Shown: positions 45,277 through 53,772 of the stretch, in pieces
Position numbering within the stretch: the stretch's first letter is position 1
How the letters are laid out: the number at the start of each line of letters is the position of its first letter
DNA from: Deltaproteobacteria bacterium
Lineage (GTDB): Bacteria > Myxococcota > Kuafuiibacteriia > Kuafuiibacteriales > Kuafuiibacteriaceae
Direction: 5' to 3'
Assembly (NCBI GenBank): GCA_040218735.1
Contig: JAVJQW010000046.1
Span: 96,001 to 160,000, forward strand
Length of the DNA stretch: 64,000 bases
The notes under the pieces: generated by a model
What the model was told of the DNA's origin: nothing
Database searches by the model: none
What the model saw: the letters and a program-made list of their open reading frames with translations, nothing else
Program-made: the position numbers and the translations under genes

Positions 45277-46046
45277 TCTCCCTCCGTCCTTGCGCTCGAC
45301 TGATAAGTCGCGCGCGCCGTCAGCCAGCGGTGTGCTGGCAGCCCCGTCCTGAGCGCCTCTTCCGAACCCACGAACTCAGAGCTCGTTGGATCGGCGCTCG
45401 CCGTGATCACGAAATGAATGGTGCGTTCGCCGTAGCGCGCCCCCCAGAGCTCGGCGGCCTCCGCGCGGAATCGGAGGACGCCAGTGGCGCCGCTGTCGAT
45501 CTCACCTCGCCGGGTGACTTCGACGAGCTGATCATCGTCACCATCGACGAAGACACGGAGCTGAAACTCACCCGTCGTCGTCTGTTCGGGTTCCACGAGC
45601 CAGCGCACCTTGCTCGTCGGGACGAACACGTTCGTGTGGCTCGGTGCACCGCGCGTCGTTGCGACGCCGCCCGCGGCGGCCGACAGCGTGTACCCGGGCA
45701 GGTCACCGTTCGCCCCGGGGCGCATCACGATCAGGAACGCCGCCGCCGCCGCGAGCGCGGCGAGGCCCACCGCCGCGCGTCGCGGCCACGACCGACGTTT
45801 CGCCGCAGCGACGATCTTGTCTTCGGCCCATGCGTCGAGCCCCGCCGGTACGGGCGCGCCGTAGGCGGCGATCAGTCCGCGGCAGTGCGCGCAGGCCGAC
45901 AGGTGTTCGTCGACGCGCTCGCGTTCTTCGTCCGCGAGGCTTCGGTCGCGGTAGGCGATCAGGACGCCGTCGTCGACATGGGCGCCGGCGTTGATCGGCT
46001 CGGGGACGGTTCGCAGCATCTCGTCGATGTCCTCTTCGTGGCTCAC
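45273..46046 (-). CDS. zf-HC2 transmembrane anti-sigma factor
   Basis: EHLSACAHC (HX3CX2C), one TM helix, extracytoplasmic domain; GTGA/ATGA overlaps with both neighbours. Confidence 0.85.
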   Translation of the reverse strand: MSHEEDIDEMLRTVPEPINAGAHVDDGVLIAYRDRSLADEERERVDEHLSACAHCRGLIAAYGAPVPAGLDAWAEDKIVAAAKRRSWPRRAAVGLAALAAAAAFLIVMRPGANGDLPGYTLSAAAGGVATTRGAPSHTNVFVPTSKVRWLVEPEQTTTGEFQLRVFVDGDDDQLVEVTRRGEIDSGATGVLRFRAEAAELWGARYGERTIHFVITASADPTSSEFVGSEEALRTGLPAHRWLTARATYQSSARTEGE

Positions 46047-48715
46047 TTCGCAGCTCCGAGCACATGGTACGCGGACCACACGTCCGCGGGGGTGCTCAGG
46101 GCGACCGTTCTCAGCGCCGCCGCGGGACGTGTCGCTCCGCCCGCGTCGTAGAAGCGCTCCATGAATCGACGTGCTTTGCGGTCATCGACGCGGCGGCTCG
46201 TCGCGACGACCGAGCTCGCGCCCGCCGCGAGGAAGGCCTCGGCGAGACCGACTTGGACCGTGCGGCCCATCGAGGAGCGCGTCCCGGTGTCACATCCGCT
46301 GAGGACGATGTGTTGGGCACGAGGTCGGCTCGCAAAGAGATCCTCCAGGGTGAGTCGCTCGCCGCGCGCGAGCGCGAGGTGCGTGCTCCACGGGTCCTCG
46401 TCGTTGAGCACGCCGTGTCCGGCGAAGTGGAAGTGGCGGGTCGACGACACCGCTTCGAGCACGCGGCTGCGGGTGGCCGCGTCACCCTCGAGGACGAGCG
46501 CGCCCAAGAGATGCGTCGCGACGATCTCACCCTCCTGTCGGGCGCTCGGAAGATCCGAGGTTGGGTCGGCGACGATGACTGCGCCGGCGTCGTTGCGATT
46601 CTCCGCGCGACGGACGAGCCGCGGAAATGGGACGAAACTCACCGTGGCGGCGGTGAGCCACTCACGATTCTCCGCGCGCGTACCCAGGGCGCTCCAAGCC
46701 TCGTCGTGCGCCATCGTCGCGACGTAGAGGTGCGGGGTGGCATCTTCCGGGGACGTCCACCAGGGACCTCGCGGCCGCGTCTTCATGACGCGGACGCCGT
46801 CGGGCCGCACCGCGAACCAGACCTGATCTTGGCCGTCACCCCACGGGACGAGCATGCCCTCGTCCGGTCCGAGCGCCGCGGTGAGTTTGTCGACGGTGAA
46901 CGCGTCCGAGAACCACCCACCCTCCGCGTTTTCGACGAGCGCGAACGCATCGTCGAATCGCTTCTGTAGCGCGATGCGCATCGCCGCGGTCTCGTCCCGG
47001 AACGCCGCGCGCTCGGCGGGGTGCACGAGCTCTGCTTGCTCTGCGCGCTTTTCGAGGGCTTCGCGCTCCGCGACGTAGACGTCGAGCGCGCGGCGCAACG
47101 CGACGCGCGTGCTGGCGTCGAGCTGGTCGAGGGCGCCACGGAGGTGGAGCACGCGGTAGGGGAACGATCGCGAGCCGTCGGCGGCGAGCAGCGCGAGGTC
47201 CACCCGTTCGTAGCGGAGGAACGCATCGACCGCATCGACGAAGAGGCGATAGCGATCGTCGATGAACGATGCTCGGTCCGTTCCGAGCTGAGTTCGGCGT
47301 GACAACGCTTCGAGGTGTGCGAGCGCGGTGGCGTAGGCTTCGAGAGTGCGTTCCGCATCGCCGTTGGCGTCCGCGACCTGCGCCAGACCGTAGTGCGCGC
47401 GCCACGTGGAGTCCGAGGGCTGGCCGTTTGCGTCGCGTTCGGCGCGTGCGAGCGCCGCGCGGAAGTGCACGTCGGAAGCGACGACTTCATCGCTGCGCAG
47501 GGCGAGGTGACCACGCATCAACTCGGTGAACACACCCACGAATCCCGGAGGCTCGAAGGCGAGGGACTCTAGCGCCGCCAGGATCTCTCGGCAGGCTGCG
47601 ATGTCGTCCGTGTAGAAACGGACGAGGAGGAGGTTCGTGAGGAGGATGGCGTACTCGGGGCCGCGGTGTTCGCGACGTTCCAACAGGGCACGCGCCCGTG
47701 CGAGCTCGTCGAGGACCCGTGGCCAGTCGACCGGGATAGCGCCCGCCGCCATCCCGCGTGCGAGCGCGAAGCCTCGGTCGTTGTAGTAGTTGGTCTCGTA
47801 CGCAGCGAAGTACGGGCGCGCGTGGTCGAGGGTCGTCCACGCCGCCTCGTACCGACCGATCTCGATCAGCGCGCTCGCGCGCGCCTGGACGATCGGCGCG
47901 AGCTCTTCGACGAGGCCGCGACTTTGCGCGAGCGCCAGGGCTTGGTCGTTCACCTGCAGCGCCTTGCGGTACTGCCCGAGCTCGGCGTGAATGAGCGCGC
48001 GATAATTCAAGGTGCGAATAAGACCCGGGTCATTGTCGATGCTCCGGTCCAACCCATCGGCGCGGTCCAGGAGCTCGAACGCCTCTGAGAACTCACGGGC
48101 GTACAGCGCCTGAAACGCCAGAGATCTCAGCGCGCGGCTGTGGGTGCTGGTCATTCCGACGCGTTCGGCCGCAGCGCGCCACGCTTCGAGCGCGCCGCGG
48201 TATTCCTCGGGGCCCGATCCGCGAATGAGTTTGAGCTTTTCGACGTGCGCAGCGAGGAGCGCGGGGCCTTCGAGTTTCTCGAGGAGTGCTTTCAGACGTT
48301 CGCGTCGTGTGGAGGTCTCGGTCGACAGCGCCGAATCGCTCAGCTGCGGCCAGGTCTTCGGGAGGGGGCGCAGCCGCCAGGTTCGGCCGACCGCTGCGAT
48401 CGCCGCGTCTTCGCCGAGCCCGGGGAGGGTGAACGTGACCTTCGTCCAGGCGCCGGCCGTGCGGGTGCTGGTCGACACGAGCGTCCGCCCGTCGCTCCGA
48501 ACGTCGAAGGCGTCGTGGGTCGCGGCGACGATGCCGAGCTCGGCGTGAGGGTGGACGTAGTGGACGGGGCGCCCGCCCTCGAGCGCGATCATCTCGGCAC
48601 CGAGGAGGCGAGCGGTCACCGGCGCGGCGCTGCGCCCGCAGGTTCCTTCACACGCCAGGGTCCAGGTCAGCAGCACGAGTGGGATGCTCCGTTTGGCTCG
48701 CCTACATCGCCCCAC
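46043..48715 (-). CDS. TPR + CHAT (caspase-like) protease, probably exported
   Basis: Hydrophobic N-terminus LVLLTWTLAC; TPR-like repeats; LPSARQE, HFAGHG, VLSGCDTG, AFLAAGA. Confidence 0.9.
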   Translation of the reverse strand: MGRCRRAKRSIPLVLLTWTLACEGTCGRSAAPVTARLLGAEMIALEGGRPVHYVHPHAELGIVAATHDAFDVRSDGRTLVSTSTRTAGAWTKVTFTLPGLGEDAAIAAVGRTWRLRPLPKTWPQLSDSALSTETSTRRERLKALLEKLEGPALLAAHVEKLKLIRGSGPEEYRGALEAWRAAAERVGMTSTHSRALRSLAFQALYAREFSEAFELLDRADGLDRSIDNDPGLIRTLNYRALIHAELGQYRKALQVNDQALALAQSRGLVEELAPIVQARASALIEIGRYEAAWTTLDHARPYFAAYETNYYNDRGFALARGMAAGAIPVDWPRVLDELARARALLERREHRGPEYAILLTNLLLVRFYTDDIAACREILAALESLAFEPPGFVGVFTELMRGHLALRSDEVVASDVHFRAALARAERDANGQPSDSTWRAHYGLAQVADANGDAERTLEAYATALAHLEALSRRTQLGTDRASFIDDRYRLFVDAVDAFLRYERVDLALLAADGSRSFPYRVLHLRGALDQLDASTRVALRRALDVYVAEREALEKRAEQAELVHPAERAAFRDETAAMRIALQKRFDDAFALVENAEGGWFSDAFTVDKLTAALGPDEGMLVPWGDGQDQVWFAVRPDGVRVMKTRPRGPWWTSPEDATPHLYVATMAHDEAWSALGTRAENREWLTAATVSFVPFPRLVRRAENRNDAGAVIVADPTSDLPSARQEGEIVATHLLGALVLEGDAATRSRVLEAVSSTRHFHFAGHGVLNDEDPWSTHLALARGERLTLEDLFASRPRAQHIVLSGCDTGTRSSMGRTVQVGLAEAFLAAGASSVVATSRRVDDRKARRFMERFYDAGGATRPAAALRTVALSTPADVWSAYHVLGAAK

Positions 48716-48751
48716 GCCCCGCGTGGTACGGGGTCTCCCGGGGGATGTAAA

Positions 48752-48783
48752 GCGGGCCTCGGTGCTGCTCTACCGAGGCCCGC
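48752..48783 (-). terminator. Terminator-like hairpin downstream of the large secreted gene
   Basis: Perfect 12-bp inverted repeat GCGGGCCTCGGT/ACCGAGGCCCGC followed by TTT on the minus strand; a second hairpin at 48803-48825. Confidence 0.55.
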
Positions 48784-48824
48784 CGGAGTCCTTTTCTTCG
48801 AAAGGCGCTTTTTTCGAGAGCGCC

Positions 48825-50945
48825 TCAGCGCGCCATCGTCACCTGCACCGCACGGAGCAGATCCGGATCCGAGGAACGTACCTCCAGGTCCGCGGAGGAC
48901 ACGGAGGTGGGCAGCAGCGAGCTCGGGACGGACTGCCGCGTGTTGGTCCCGGCCAGGAAGTACTGGGCGATCTGCGCGTCCGTACCTCGGAACGAGGACG
49001 GCACGGCGATCGGCGTCGAGTGCGGCACGAGGAGCTGACGACCCGAGCCGATCGCCGACACCACGTCGATGACGAGCGCCGCCGAGGTCACGTTGCCTCG
49101 CCAGTCGCGCGTCGTCTCGATGCGCGGGTCGAAGCCGACGCCGCTGTCGATCAGGTGACCGCGCGGATCCAGGAAGCCCATCACGACCTGCCGCTCCGTG
49201 ATGCGGAAGGGATCGCAGATCCAATCCTCCCACGGCTCCTGCCAGTTCACTTCGGGGGTCAGGCAGTTGATGAACTGGTTCGTCTTCTGAATGCTGCACT
49301 CCAAACCGGCTTCGCCGGGCGAGAGGATGCGGTCGAGCTCCACCGCGTACGTGCGGACTCCGGCCGACGTCGCGAACTTGATGAGTACCGGCTCTGGGTT
49401 GGCGTTGAACGCGTCGATGACCGGCTGGGTCAACGATGGGTTCACCGAGACCTCGACGGTGATCGGGAGGTTCGAACCGAGGTTCGCCGTGTCGACCGTG
49501 TACACGTTGCTCGGGTTGTCGATGACTTGGACGCTGCAGAAGCGCGCGGTCCCCGTCGCGTAGAGTCCGCCGCCGTAGTCACATTTCGACGCGTAGCAGC
49601 CCGAGCCGAGACCGAACTCGACATCGTAGGCCGTGACGTCGGCTTCGTAGACGTGGTTGGGGAGGCTGCTCGCGGCGCCGTTCAAAGTCAGACCGGCGCT
49701 GTCACCGACGACGCCGGCGAGGGAGAGGCTGGAGACGAGCCCGAAGCCGACCTGGAAGGGGCGCGGGAACATGGCGGCGTCGCAGGAGAACGTGTTGTCC
49801 GAGACCGGGCACTCCGACATCTCCTTGGTGATCTGCGGGACGACGTAGTGCTGCACGAGGTCGTCGAGGACGCCGAGCTCGATCAACGGAATCGCCGCGA
49901 GGAACCCGAGTGGTCCGTACGCGAGCGCACATTCGTTGGCGTCGGCGTTGCTCGGGTCCATCGTGAGCGCGCCGTTCATCGTGAAGCCCGTCGATGCGGC
50001 GTTCTTGGCCACGTCCATCGCGAAGAGGACGTCGACGTCGATGTCGTTCGGGCAGGGCAGCTCGGAGCTGGCGACGGTCGTGGGGACGAGCGCATTGAGC
50101 GTGGCGCCGCTGCTCCCGTTGCCGACCCACTGCGTCGCGATCCCACCGTTGAGCGAGATCTCCGAGCGTGAGTCGAGTCCCTCGGTCACCTGATCCGTGA
50201 GGAGCGAGATGAAGTTGGACTTGTGGACGAAGACACTCCAGTCGGTCGTCTGCGAGCCGGTGATGTTCCCCTGCATGAACGCGTTCCACGCGGTCATGCG
50301 CGCGGTGTCGTAGTCGGCCGCGGTTTGGTCGAGCTCGAAGCGGAGCGCGATGCGCGACCCCGAGTTGTTCACGCTGATCGCCGCGCCGGAGATCGTGTGA
50401 TCCTCCGAGCCGACGAACTCCGAGAGCTGCTGCTGGCTGAGGCCGATGCAGCGATCACTCGGCGGCATGGGGAGCCCGGGCAGCGTGGGCGTCATGTCGA
50501 GTGGGTTCAGGCAGATCTCACCGTCGCCCTCCGAGAGCTGAAACTGCGCCTGCAGGGTGTACGGCGTGACGGACGAGCAGGTCGGGTCGTTCGAACACGC
50601 CTCGGTCTGCACGTGGAAGGTGACATCCTGCGCGTAGAGGATGGGTTGGGCCGAGATCGTCGTGAAGTCGTTGATCGGGATGCTGTTGGCGTTGGCCGCT
50701 CGGCTGAACGTCCCGGGGCCACCGACCTCCACGCGGTCGAGCACGCAGTTCCCACCGCCGACGGGGCACGGGATGACGGTCGGGCAGAACGACCGCGTCG
50801 CCGCCACGAAGGCGCCGCGCACCAGTTCCGCGAACTTCGCGGAGGACATCTGGAACTCGAGGAAGTGATCGGTCGAAGCACTCGCCGTCTGCGTGGTGAG
50901 GGCACAGGCGCCCAAGACCAGGGTTTGGATGATTCTCGTCTTCAT
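48825..50945 (-). CDS. Large secreted Cys-containing hypothetical protein
   Basis: GGAGG RBS, MKTRIIQTLVLGACALTTQTASA signal peptide; no family recognised. Confidence 0.8.
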   Translation of the reverse strand: MKTRIIQTLVLGACALTTQTASASTDHFLEFQMSSAKFAELVRGAFVAATRSFCPTVIPCPVGGGNCVLDRVEVGGPGTFSRAANANSIPINDFTTISAQPILYAQDVTFHVQTEACSNDPTCSSVTPYTLQAQFQLSEGDGEICLNPLDMTPTLPGLPMPPSDRCIGLSQQQLSEFVGSEDHTISGAAISVNNSGSRIALRFELDQTAADYDTARMTAWNAFMQGNITGSQTTDWSVFVHKSNFISLLTDQVTEGLDSRSEISLNGGIATQWVGNGSSGATLNALVPTTVASSELPCPNDIDVDVLFAMDVAKNAASTGFTMNGALTMDPSNADANECALAYGPLGFLAAIPLIELGVLDDLVQHYVVPQITKEMSECPVSDNTFSCDAAMFPRPFQVGFGLVSSLSLAGVVGDSAGLTLNGAASSLPNHVYEADVTAYDVEFGLGSGCYASKCDYGGGLYATGTARFCSVQVIDNPSNVYTVDTANLGSNLPITVEVSVNPSLTQPVIDAFNANPEPVLIKFATSAGVRTYAVELDRILSPGEAGLECSIQKTNQFINCLTPEVNWQEPWEDWICDPFRITERQVVMGFLDPRGHLIDSGVGFDPRIETTRDWRGNVTSAALVIDVVSAIGSGRQLLVPHSTPIAVPSSFRGTDAQIAQYFLAGTNTRQSVPSSLLPTSVSSADLEVRSSDPDLLRAVQVTMAR

Positions 50946-50965
50946 GGGTTTTTTCCTCCGCTGTC

Positions 50966-51394
50966 TCACAGGTTGGGGAGCTGCCAGGGGTACACGTCGC
51001 CCGCGTCGTTGCCCTGGATGCTCAGGTCGCGCTTGATCGGGCAGGCGTCGGGCCCGATCGCGTTGATGTTGGTGTTGCAGGTGCCGTCGCCGTAGACGCC
51101 GACGAGCTGATTCAGAACGCCGTGGTCGAGCACCACGTAGACCTGCGAGCACGTGCCGTTGTTGCTCTGGACGTTGAGCGTGGTGACCAGCTCCGTGTCG
51201 TTGCCGATCTTCTTGTAGAGCGTGACGGCGTAGTCGTCGTTGCAGTTCTTGACCTCGACTTGTGAGTAGCCGGAGCTGGAGGCGGCGCCCCAGCCTCCGC
51301 CCCCGAGTCGGAAGTTGCAGCCCGTGGTGACGAGCGCGCAGGTAGCCAGGGCGACGAGGCCGAGGCCTCCCCGCAGACGAGAGAAGATAGTCAT
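50966..51394 (-). CDS. Small hypothetical lipoprotein
   Basis: AAGGAG RBS; lipobox VTTGC. Confidence 0.75.
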   Translation of the reverse strand: MTIFSRLRGGLGLVALATCALVTTGCNFRLGGGGWGAASSSGYSQVEVKNCNDDYAVTLYKKIGNDTELVTTLNVQSNNGTCSQVYVVLDHGVLNQLVGVYGDGTCNTNINAIGPDACPIKRDLSIQGNDAGDVYPWQLPNL

Positions 51395-51449
51395 GTCGGT
51401 CTCCTTGGGTGTGACGGTTGTCGGTGAGGTACTACCGAAGGAGACCGAC
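51395..51449 (-). promoter_or_regulatory. RBS-sequestering inverted repeat overlapping a putative ECF promoter
   Basis: GTCGGTCTCCTT (51395-51406) / AAGGAGACCGAC (51438-51449); the proximal arm contains the lipoprotein RBS. Confidence 0.6.
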
Positions 51450-51472
51450 GTTCCTAATCGAAGAACTTCGAC

Positions 51473-52309
51473 TCAGCGGGTCTTTGCCGCGTGGGCCACG
51501 ACGTCGAAGAAGGCGCCGCCGTCTTGGCCGACGACGACCGGCATGGTGCCGTCCCACTTCTCGATCGTGCGCAGCTCGAGCACCTCCTGCGTGAGCGTCT
51601 TTCGGATCATCGCCTGCGACTCCGCCTCCGCTCGCGCCAACGCGAGGTTTGCCTGCGCGCGACCCTCCGCCTGCGTGCGGACCTGCTCGGCCTCGATGCG
51701 GACGCGCTCGAGGTCGTTCTTCGCGCGCAAGGCAGCTTGCTCGGCGATCTGCTTGGCCTCGATCGCTTGCTCGAAGTCCTGCGAGAAGCGGAAGTCGACG
51801 ATCGAGAACTCCACCACGACGAGGTGGTGACGCGACAGACGCGTACGGATCGCCTCGAAGATCGACGCCTTCACCTCGGAGCGCCGGGTGATCAGCTCCT
51901 CGGCGGTGAACTTCGCCGTGGCGGCCTTCACCGACTCCTGGATCGCCGGCGTGACGATCGTGCGCTCGAAGTCCATCCCCAGGTCCTGGTAGATGGTGTG
52001 CGCGTGGTCGTGGTCGATCGCGTAGTTCAACGCGACGATCGACGACACGTTCTGCAGGTCCTTCGACGACGCGGTGGCGCGCGCCTCCTGCATCAGGACG
52101 CGGCCGTCCATCTCGACCACGTCGATGCCGATCGGGTCGACGAAGTGCAGACCCTCGCGCAGGACTTCGTCCTGTACGGCGCCGAACTTCAGCACGACGC
52201 CGATGTGTCCGGCGTCGACGACGACGAACGGAAGGAAGGTGACGGCGGCGAACGAAACCACCGCGAAGACGAGCGCGCCGATGACGACGCGCGGACGCAT
52301 ACGCAACAT
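51473..52309 (-). CDS. SPFH/prohibitin family protein
   Basis: VDAGHIGV, EGLHF, SKDLQNV, FTAEELITRR, AIEAKQIAEQ. Confidence 0.93.
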   Translation of the reverse strand: MLRMRPRVVIGALVFAVVSFAAVTFLPFVVVDAGHIGVVLKFGAVQDEVLREGLHFVDPIGIDVVEMDGRVLMQEARATASSKDLQNVSSIVALNYAIDHDHAHTIYQDLGMDFERTIVTPAIQESVKAATAKFTAEELITRRSEVKASIFEAIRTRLSRHHLVVVEFSIVDFRFSQDFEQAIEAKQIAEQAALRAKNDLERVRIEAEQVRTQAEGRAQANLALARAEAESQAMIRKTLTQEVLELRTIEKWDGTMPVVVGQDGGAFFDVVAHAAKTR

Positions 52310-52464
52310 GAGATACCTCCGGTTTTGGTGGGACGAGCGGGGCTTTTCAGACCCATTCCGGAGGGCCGACGACGAGGCACCCGGGCGTCGCGCTGGTCGC
52401 GGACGCGTAGGCGTGGGGTGCGCGTCGGTGCATGAAGATTGAAGTAAGGGCCCCCGCGATCACG

Positions 52465-53145
52465 TCAAGCGACCGCGCGACGGCGAATGCGTCGTTCGAC
52501 CCGCACCACGAACCACACCAGCGCGAGGAACACCGCGACGACGGAGGCGTGCCCCGTCACGAGGTGCGTCGGGTCGGAGATCGGGCAATGCAGCAGCAGC
52601 ACGAGCTGGCCGGTCAGCCCCGCAGCGCCCGCCGCGAGCACCGCACGGCTCGGGTCGCGCGTCCGGTCGAGCAAGCGCCCGACGACGTAGACGGGCAGCC
52701 CCACCAGCGCGCCGAAGTAGAGGCAGCGCAGCGCGTGGACCCACTCGGCGCCGTGCGGGAGGTGAGCGGGATCCGGAGCGTAGTGTGTCGGCGTGATCGC
52801 GAGGCCGAACGACAGCGCGACCGCACCGACCGCCATCGCCGCGACCGCCCACGGCGGAAGCGCGCGCTTGTGCATCGGGCGCAGGCTCCACCCGAGGCTC
52901 ACGAACAACACCGCCGCGATCGCGCCGATCGACACCGTCATCCGAAGCACAGGGTAGGCGTCGAGGTCGGGGCGGCGGAGGAACACGACGCCGAACAACG
53001 TCGCGCCGACGACCGTCAGCCCTGCGATGAGCTTGTGCACCCACGTCGGGCGACTCTTGAGCCATCCGACGATGCTCTGATCGTCATCGATCTTCTGCGA
53101 AAGGCGCGCGAACGCTGCGGCGGAATCGATGGGCTCGTGACTCAC
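52465..53145 (-). CDS. NrsF-like (DUF1109) membrane anti-sigma factor
   Basis: Multiple TM segments, RPDL, ALRC, LHCP...HLVTGH; GTGA overlap with the sigma gene. Confidence 0.75.
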   Translation of the reverse strand: MSHEPIDSAAAFARLSQKIDDDQSIVGWLKSRPTWVHKLIAGLTVVGATLFGVVFLRRPDLDAYPVLRMTVSIGAIAAVLFVSLGWSLRPMHKRALPPWAVAAMAVGAVALSFGLAITPTHYAPDPAHLPHGAEWVHALRCLYFGALVGLPVYVVGRLLDRTRDPSRAVLAAGAAGLTGQLVLLLHCPISDPTHLVTGHASVVAVFLALVWFVVRVERRIRRRAVA

Positions 53146-53732
53146 GATCGAACCTCCTCGTCGAGGGAGCTGCGCAGCTTCCCGTAGCCGCGGAACGCAC
53201 GGACCTTCACCGCGGACAGGCTCGCGCCGACGACGCGCGCGACCTCCTTGAACGGCATCTCGTCGAACCAGTGCAGCTCGATGACGCGCCGCTGACTCTC
53301 CGGCAGCTCCGCCAGCGCGTGCCGCACTCGCGCGGCGTCCTCCTCCGCGACGACGGTGTCGCGGAGCTCTTTGGGATCGGCGACCTCGAACGACTCGTCG
53401 ACGTGCAGCGCTTCCTCGGGGTGGCGGCCGCGGCGACGGAGTGTCCCGCGGTGAACGTTCAGCGCGATCGTCATCAGGTAAGGGCGGACGCGCGCGTCGC
53501 GCCGGAAGTCGTTCCGCGCGCGGTGGAGCTGGAGGAAGGTCTGCTGGACGAGGTCGTTTGCCTCGGACGCCGACGCGCCGCGTCGCCGCATCAGACGCAG
53601 CAGCATCGGGTGATAGCGGTGGAACAGGGCCTCGAACGCCCCCTGGTCGCCGTCGATGTACCTCGCCATGAGGGCCTCGTCGCTCTCCATACCCGCCGGT
53701 GTCGCCTCGGACCCTGGATATGCCGGCGCCAT
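53142..53732 (-). CDS. ECF sigma factor
   Basis: SDEALM, AFEALF, DLVQQTFLQL, region 4 KEVARVVGASLSAVKVRAFRG. Confidence 0.92.
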   Translation of the reverse strand: MAPAYPGSEATPAGMESDEALMARYIDGDQGAFEALFHRYHPMLLRLMRRRGASASEANDLVQQTFLQLHRARNDFRRDARVRPYLMTIALNVHRGTLRRRGRHPEEALHVDESFEVADPKELRDTVVAEEDAARVRHALAELPESQRRVIELHWFDEMPFKEVARVVGASLSAVKVRAFRGYGKLRSSLDEEVRS

Positions 53733-53737
53733 GCACC

Positions 53738-53765
53738 GGTTACGGACGAGCGCAGAAAAGTAACG
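53738..53765 (-). promoter_or_regulatory. Putative autoregulatory ECF promoter
   Basis: GTTACT-N15-CGTAAC on the minus strand, a few nt before ATG 53732; resembles GTAACC...CGAA promoters of NrsF-linked ECFs. Confidence 0.4.
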
Positions 53766-53772
53766 GGCGGTC

